DNA of 63,999 nucleotides, filler included, from an uncultured Methanosarcinales archaeon (GTDB lineage: Archaea; Nanobdellota; Nanobdellia; Woesearchaeales; CAYXTQ01), in NCBI GenBank assembly GCA_964608065.1. It is 4 parts of 4 records of this genome, joined end to end, with 100 filler letters (N's around TTAATTAATTAA, not from the genome) between each part and the next. Parts side by side here need not be neighbours in the genome. Positions count along the whole stretch, not along the records: positions 41,972 to 62,373 come from CAZSMA010000016.1; positions 62,474 to 63,999 come from CAZSMA010000131.1; 2 more parts are not named here. One strand, given 5' to 3'. The translations under genes and the position numbers were made by a program. The number at the start of each line of letters is the position of its first letter. Position 1 is the first letter of the stretch. This document shows, piece after piece, positions 58,487 to 63,999 of the stretch. The notes under the pieces are model-generated. The model was not told the origin of the DNA. It saw only the letters and a program-made list of their open reading frames with translations, and ran no database searches.

Positions 58487-58750
58487 ATGCCTGATGAAGA
58501 AAAAAAATTTGCAAAACAGTTATTAGGAAAAACAGTTGTTTCTAAGACTGGTAAAAGGTTTGGTGAAGTAGGAGACATTATATTTGAAACCAGGTCTGGT
58601 GAACTGATTCATTTGCTAATTCGCAATCCAACACCTTATACTGAAAAATTAGAACTTGAGAAGGATAAAGAAGGACACATTCTAATTCCATTCAGCGCAG
58701 TAATAGCTATGGGAGATTTTATGGTTATTGCTGAAGAAGATATTATTTAG
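58487..58750 (+). CDS. PRC-barrel domain protein (CdpB-like)
   Basis: LLGKTVVSKTGKRFGEVGDI, IPFSAVIAMGDFMVI. Confidence 0.88.
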   Translation: MPDEEKKFAKQLLGKTVVSKTGKRFGEVGDIIFETRSGELIHLLIRNPTPYTEKLELEKDKEGHILIPFSAVIAMGDFMVIAEEDII

Positions 58751-58809
58751 TTTTTCTTTTTTCTCTTTTCAATAAATATATAAACTAGCTATAACTATCG
58801 TAATCTAAA

Positions 58810-59763
58810 ATGGAATATGCAATTTGGACAGAAAAATTTAGGCCACATGATTTCTCAGAAGTTAAAGGCCAGAAAGAGATAGTTAGAAGAGTAAAAGCCT
58901 TTGTTGAAAAGAAAAATATGCCTCATTTGCTGTTTGCAGGGCCAGCAGGTGTTGGGAAGACAACCTTAGCTTTGATTATAGCAAAGAAATTGTTTGAAGG
59001 AGGGTGGCATCAGAATTTTCTTGAGTTAAACGCTTCTGATGAAAGAGGCATAGATATTATTAGGAATAAAGTCAAGGATTTTGCAAGGACTAAAGCTATA
59101 GGAGACGTTCCATTTAAGATTATTTATCTGGATGAATGCGATGCTTTGACAAGAGAAGCACAGCAAGCTCTAAGAAGAACGATGGAGAATTATACTCAGA
59201 CTTGTAGGTTTATATTATCTGCAAATTATTCAAGCAAGATTATAGATCCAATACAATCAAGATGTGCGGTTTTTAGGTTTAAACCTTTAGATAAAAAAGA
59301 TATTTTAGCTTTGATAGATGATATAGCTAAGAAGGAAAAATTAAAGATAAATGAGAAAGCAAAAGAAGCTTTAGCTGAGATATGTGAAGGAGATTGTAGA
59401 AAGTTAGAGAATATACTACAGAGTTCAGCTGCTATTGACAAGCATATTACAGAAGAATCAGTTTATAGTTTAGCATCTATTGCAAAACCAAAAGAAATAA
59501 ACGAAGTATTAAAGTTGGCTGTTGAAAATAAATTTGTTGAAGCAAGAAAGAAATTATTAGATGTAATGCTTAATTATGGTCTTTCTGGAATTGATATTAT
59601 AAAGCAAATTCAAAAGGAAATTCTAAATTTAGATATTGATAACAGGGAAAAGATGAGATTAATAGAGAAGTGTGGTGAAGTTGAGTTTAGGTTAGTTGAA
59701 GGAAGCGATGAGTTTATACAGTTAGAAGCGTTGCTAAGTCAGTTTACTTTGGCTAAAAAATGA
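58810..59763 (+). CDS. rfcS: Replication factor C small subunit
   Basis: WTEKFRP, GPAGVGKTT, ELNASDERG, DECD, IQSRC. Confidence 0.97.
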   Translation: MEYAIWTEKFRPHDFSEVKGQKEIVRRVKAFVEKKNMPHLLFAGPAGVGKTTLALIIAKKLFEGGWHQNFLELNASDERGIDIIRNKVKDFARTKAIGDVPFKIIYLDECDALTREAQQALRRTMENYTQTCRFILSANYSSKIIDPIQSRCAVFRFKPLDKKDILALIDDIAKKEKLKINEKAKEALAEICEGDCRKLENILQSSAAIDKHITEESVYSLASIAKPKEINEVLKLAVENKFVEARKKLLDVMLNYGLSGIDIIKQIQKEILNLDIDNREKMRLIEKCGEVEFRLVEGSDEFIQLEALLSQFTLAKK

Positions 59764-59978
59764 ATTTTAAACCAACATTTCGGAAAGTTTTAATTTCTAT
59801 AATCTTAGGGTTTGTAATAGCGTTTGTATTATTAAGTCAATATTTTGGAGGTAATTTTATTTCTCAATTAAAAGATCATTCCCTTTATTGGATTGTTATT
59901 CAGAGATTTATTACTGGTGCTATTTTTTACATTGGACTTGTTTATCTAATTTTAAGTTTGATTAATAAGAAGAAATAA
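59760..59978 (+). CDS. Small two-TM membrane protein
   Basis: FKPT..K start followed by two TM helices. Confidence 0.6.
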   Translation: MNFKPTFRKVLISIILGFVIAFVLLSQYFGGNFISQLKDHSLYWIVIQRFITGAIFYIGLVYLILSLINKKK

Positions 59979-60007
59979 AAAAAATAAAATAAAATAAAAA
60001 AAAACTA

Positions 60008-60979
60008 TTACTCTTCTGTTGAAACGTCTTTGACTAAGATTGTTTTTTCTATAAACTGTAGGTATCTGTATTTTAGTTCTACTGTGAATAACTCTTCAAA
60101 TACTCCGTCAACATCGCTAACATCAATGCTACAAACAACTGTTCTTGGTTTTTGATCCCATAAGGTTACATAACCTACTGAGTTGTCTGCATTAGCTTCT
60201 TGTAAACCAGAACATGATGCCTTTTTTCCGTTAATGTCAGAGGTTACTTCAATCCATACTTTGTTTTTGTTTGGGTTGGTAACTTTGTAATCACATTCTG
60301 TTTCTTTTTTGAATATTCTGTCATTAACATTACCAACGTGGTCTATTTTAAAACTTACTTGTATTTTATCAGAGCCTAGAGGAGCTTCTTTGAATTCTGT
60401 TATATGTATTGGCCCTCCAGAGTTGTATGTTGTTTTACTACCGCTGACTTCACATATGTCCTTTGTTTCTAAATCCTGCAGTAAATCACTTTTGACGCAA
60501 ATTTGTGTAGAGGTTTTTGTTGCATAGTCATAGCAAAGCTCTGGCCTTATTCTTGGTCCGTCAAAGTTACCTTGAACATCTGGCAGATAGTTAAACTCAT
60601 TAAATTCCACAACTATTGTATCACCACTAACAATATCTCCTTCAGAGTTTTTTCTTGTACCTGAAATATCTTTTTGAATGTCTTGTTTTAAATCAGTAGC
60701 TGTTTTACCAAAATCTGTTGGGTTGATACCAACTATTTTTATGTAACCATCTCCAGCGCTAATATCATCTTCCCCTTTATTTTCCAATTTTAAAACAATA
60801 GAGAAAGGATACTGACCAGAATCAAAAATATCATCAGGAGGAGCACCTTCTGTAAAAGACATACTTAATCCGGTTTTACCTCCGACAAAAGGGGTTTCTT
60901 TAGGACCTACATCCACTTGCTCTTCAGAACAACCAGCTATAAACAATAATAATCCAATTAAAACCAAAAACCTCTTCAT
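60008..60979 (-). CDS. Cys-rich putative lipoprotein, paralog 1
   Basis: IAGC lipobox; GL.M.F...APP, CYDYAT, GGPI motifs. Confidence 0.75.
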   Translation of the reverse strand: MKRFLVLIGLLLFIAGCSEEQVDVGPKETPFVGGKTGLSMSFTEGAPPDDIFDSGQYPFSIVLKLENKGEDDISAGDGYIKIVGINPTDFGKTATDLKQDIQKDISGTRKNSEGDIVSGDTIVVEFNEFNYLPDVQGNFDGPRIRPELCYDYATKTSTQICVKSDLLQDLETKDICEVSGSKTTYNSGGPIHITEFKEAPLGSDKIQVSFKIDHVGNVNDRIFKKETECDYKVTNPNKNKVWIEVTSDINGKKASCSGLQEANADNSVGYVTLWDQKPRTVVCSIDVSDVDGVFEELFTVELKYRYLQFIEKTILVKDVSTEE

Positions 60980-61053
60980 TTTAATATACCTCCTTTTTTT
61001 AATGTTTATACATATATCCCTAGAATATATATAAATCTTTTGCTTTATAAGGT

Positions 61054-62025
61054 TTATCTTAGATTAACTACGTCTAACCTTGTCTTAACAGATTGAGAAT
61101 AAACATAATCTAGGATTACATGTAATTGAGACCAATATGCTGAGCCTGAAGATGGTAATGTGAAACTACAGAACATATAACCGCGGCCATCCTGTAATCT
61201 TATGGGGTCAGAAGGATCACCGCGTGGAGTACATATTGGATTAGAGTCATGAGGCAAGCTTACAGTTGCATACACTTTGTTGATTTCATCGTTTTCTAAG
61301 TCAAAAGGACAGAAGTTGTATGCATTAGGTTCTATAACACGACCCCCACCAACATTTGTGATATAGATTCTGTAATATATTTTATCAGCACCTACTTCCT
61401 GTTTGACAGATGTTACAGCTATTGGAGCTCCCTGGCTTCCAGCACCTATTGCTATTTCCCCTTCGTCATCCACATGACATACTTTGTCTTCTGCAACTAT
61501 TGAATAAGGATCAGGATCAATACAGACACGAGGTCTTGCAAATGTTTTATATCTATAGCAAGCAGTAACTAAGATTTCTGTAGGGTATCTATCAGCGTCA
61601 AAAGGAACTATTACACCGTCTAGGTCTTTATAACTCATTGCAGCATAACCCCCTTCAGGATTGAATTGGCTTTTTCCTTGTAATGTTGCTGGAATAATAT
61701 TACCTGATTCCCAAGCACCATTTATAGCGCTTAAATCAAAACCACTTATTACTAGGAAGCCTTCAAAAGAATCAGAATCAGGCCATGCTCCTCTGTTCCA
61801 TAATTCAACTGTGATGTCCAGCTTATCCCCTACATATACTTTGTAAGGAGGAGCATTATTCATAAACCTCATAACTAGGCCTTGTGTTCCAATAAAATAA
61901 GTTTCTTTAACTTCAGGATTATAGCCTTGCGGAGCACAGCTTGTTATGAACAATACAATTAATACTAATGAAACTAAGAATATAATCTTCCTCTTTTTTA
62001 TCATAATGCGTTTATTAAGTAACAT
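61054..62025 (-). CDS. Cys-rich putative lipoprotein, paralog 2
   Basis: ITSC lipobox; GLVMRF..NAPP, CYRYKT, QGAPI, I.NVGGG, LDYVY. Confidence 0.75.
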   Translation of the reverse strand: MLLNKRIMIKKRKIIFLVSLVLIVLFITSCAPQGYNPEVKETYFIGTQGLVMRFMNNAPPYKVYVGDKLDITVELWNRGAWPDSDSFEGFLVISGFDLSAINGAWESGNIIPATLQGKSQFNPEGGYAAMSYKDLDGVIVPFDADRYPTEILVTACYRYKTFARPRVCIDPDPYSIVAEDKVCHVDDEGEIAIGAGSQGAPIAVTSVKQEVGADKIYYRIYITNVGGGRVIEPNAYNFCPFDLENDEINKVYATVSLPHDSNPICTPRGDPSDPIRLQDGRGYMFCSFTLPSSGSAYWSQLHVILDYVYSQSVKTRLDVVNLR

Positions 62026-62043
62026 TCTATTTAAATTTTTCGA

Positions 62044-62373
62044 TTAGGTTAGTTTCTTTATTCTGATTACTTCAGATATTGATTGAGTATAGCCATAATC
62101 TAAGGTGATTGACAGTAATGTTGTAAATGCAGGTTCGTTTTTTTTAATACCTTCTTTTAGAGAGCATATTACCTTATCTTGCTTGCTTTTTAACTTTAGT
62201 TCACGAGGCTTACATTCAAGAGGCATACCTGATAAGTAAGCTTTTAATTCTAATGTGTTGATATCCTCGCTAGTTAAAGGTTTAGAAGAACAAACCTCTT
62301 TTACCCTATCCTTGTCAATGACTTCTCCTCCTCCTTTATTGTCAATATATATTGTAAATTGAGGTATCATTAT
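62044..62373 (-). CDS. Cys-rich protein paralog 3, 3' fragment at contig end
   Basis: IDNKGGG, LDYGY shared with the preceding paralogs. Confidence 0.7.
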   Translation of the reverse strand: MMIPQFTIYIDNKGGGEVIDKDRVKEVCSSKPLTSEDINTLELKAYLSGMPLECKPRELKLKSKQDKVICSLKEGIKKNEPAFTTLLSITLDYGYTQSISEVIRIKKLT

Positions 62374-62473
62374 NNNNNNNNNNNNNNNNNNNNNNNNNNN
62401 NNNNNNNNNNNNNNNNNTTAATTAATTAANNNNNNNNNNNNNNNNNNNNNNNNNNNNNNNNNNNNNNNNNNNN

Positions 62474-62557
62474 GAAATTAGGGTTCAAGTTCCAAAAACT
62501 GATCCACCAGGTACTGTCTCTAGTGTAATTGTATTCAAAGCTGAGGCATCATCATGA
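62474..62557 (+). CDS. 3' fragment of a gene at contig start
   Basis: EIRVQVPKTDPPGTVSSVIVFKAEASS-stop; ATGA overlap with the next gene. Confidence 0.5.
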   Translation, partial: EIRVQVPKTDPPGTVSSVIVFKAEASS

Positions 62558-63765
62558 AAAAGGTAATATTGTATGTAATATTGAGCATGGTTTTAATAAA
62601 TACAGCTTTGGCTATTGGTGTTGCTCCTGTAAAAACTGTTGTGGATTTTGAACCAGGAAGTCAGGAAATAACTGTTAGAATCATGAACAATGAGAATAAA
62701 GAATTTAAGGCTGTTGTTTATGCAGAAGGACCTTTAGCAGAATATGTTGAGTTACCAACTACATTAGTTACTGTTAAAGCTGAAGAGGCTTCAAAGAGTC
62801 TAAGCTTTAACTTGAACCTGCCTGAAAAATTGGAAAAACCAGGAACACATGAAGTGAAGATAACTATACTAGAGTTTCCAAAAGAATTTGCAACAGAACA
62901 AGCAACTGCTGTGATACAGGCAGTTGGTAGTGTAGTTACTAAAGTAGTTGTTAGAGTACCATATCCAGGATTATATGCAGAGGCAGATTTATTTGTGACG
63001 CAAGCAGAAGTTGGCAAACCAATTATGTTTACAATTCCAATTTATAATTTTGGCGAGCAGGATATTCAGAAAGCGAAAGCAACTATTACAGTTTATGGTG
63101 CAACTTATGAAGAAATTGCTGTAATTGAAACTGATGAAAAACAAATTAAATCAAAAGAACAAACCAAAATTCTAGCTTCCTGGATGCCTGATGTTAATGC
63201 AGGGGTGTATCATGCTGCTGTTAAAGTAGATTATGACGGCAAAAGGATTAACTTAGAGAAAAACTTTAATGTGGGTAATTTATTTATAGAAATATTAAAA
63301 GTAGAGGTTAATGATTTTATACTTGGCAGTGTTGCAAGATTCGATATCCATCTAGAAAACAAATGGAATCAGCTAATAAACGAGGTCTATGGAGAGGTAA
63401 CTGTTAAAGATAAGAAAGGAAGTATTTACACTACCAGTAAAACAGCTTCAGTTGATATTCCAGCTTATGAAGAATCAATGATACAAGCGTACTGGGATAC
63501 AAAAGATGTAGAAATAGGATTGTATGATGTTTTAGTAAAACTGCACTATGCTGGAAAAACCTCAGAAAAACTAATAGAAACTCAGGTGAATATTGATTCT
63601 ATAAGTACAAGTATGGAGCCAACTGCTAGGGTTATTGCTGGAAAAACAAAGTTGTTTGACAGAGATTCTATTTTGATATTATTGGTTGTTGTTTTAATTG
63701 TGATAAATATTTCCTGGTTTGTTTATTTCAAGAAGAGGGGAGGAAAGAAACCCAAGTATGAGTAG
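62554..63765 (+). CDS. Secreted Ig-like surface protein with C-terminal TM anchor
   Basis: Signal peptide, AIGVAP start, beta-rich domains, C-terminal TM and basic tail. Confidence 0.75.
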   Translation: MKKVILYVILSMVLINTALAIGVAPVKTVVDFEPGSQEITVRIMNNENKEFKAVVYAEGPLAEYVELPTTLVTVKAEEASKSLSFNLNLPEKLEKPGTHEVKITILEFPKEFATEQATAVIQAVGSVVTKVVVRVPYPGLYAEADLFVTQAEVGKPIMFTIPIYNFGEQDIQKAKATITVYGATYEEIAVIETDEKQIKSKEQTKILASWMPDVNAGVYHAAVKVDYDGKRINLEKNFNVGNLFIEILKVEVNDFILGSVARFDIHLENKWNQLINEVYGEVTVKDKKGSIYTTSKTASVDIPAYEESMIQAYWDTKDVEIGLYDVLVKLHYAGKTSEKLIETQVNIDSISTSMEPTARVIAGKTKLFDRDSILILLVVVLIVINISWFVYFKKRGGKKPKYE

Positions 63766-63777
63766 ATAAGATGGAGA

Positions 63778-63999
63778 TTAATGTTTTAAGAAGTAAAACC
63801 TGACTTTGCCTGTATAGCTTCCATATTCTATTCCTTCTGGAGGGTTTACATCAAAACTTACTTGCTTACCTTCATTTTGTTTAATGATAAAAGTAGCAGG
63901 AGTTGCTGAAACCCACGTTTTCATTTCTCCGTATGTACGAATATTTACTCTTAATGGATAATCTTTAGAATTATATATATTAATCTTTCTTGTTGCAGA
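63778..63999 (-). CDS. 3' part of an Ig-like protein running off the window
   Basis: Open frame ...PEGIEYGSYTGKVRFYFLKH-stop. Confidence 0.6.
   Translation of the reverse strand, partial: SATRKINIYNSKDYPLRVNIRTYGEMKTWVSATPATFIIKQNEGKQVSFDVNPPEGIEYGSYTGKVRFYFLKH

Overview
AT-rich archaeal draft genome (probably a MAG or SAG). L15e, TFE-alpha, aIF-2beta, Hjc, EndA, FEN1, PAN, RFC and archaeal TyrRS, together with bacterial-type DnaK/DnaJ/GrpE and many orphan and surface proteins, suggest DPANN, probably Woesearchaeota (inference). The window joins at least four contigs through artificial N-TTAATTAATTAA-N linkers (21165-21264, 41872-41971, 62374-62473), so adjacency across them is not evidence. 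Most of it is housekeeping: chaperones, translation, tRNA processing, replication/repair, proteolysis, riboflavin salvage and an ABC exporter. The most unusual part is a ~9.7 kb accessory island (21265-30931) punctuated by three families of co-oriented intergenic repeats. These delimit cassette-like modules: two HTH-MNT/HEPN toxin-antitoxin pairs, a 2H-phosphoesterase/metallophosphoesterase fusion, coupled membrane micropeptides, tandem small paralogs and orphan genes with identical 70-bp leaders. Other highlights are a hydroxypyruvate/glycerate-transketolase operon beside a XerA-type recombinase with a bulged palindrome, two leaderless uORF-plus-hairpin leaders, a covarying hairpin family in 5' regions, an eL15 leader-like RNA, a probable IS200/IS605 right end, a duplicated dnaK 3' end and a solo Cas4. 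No tRNA, rRNA, CRISPR array or reverse transcriptase was seen.
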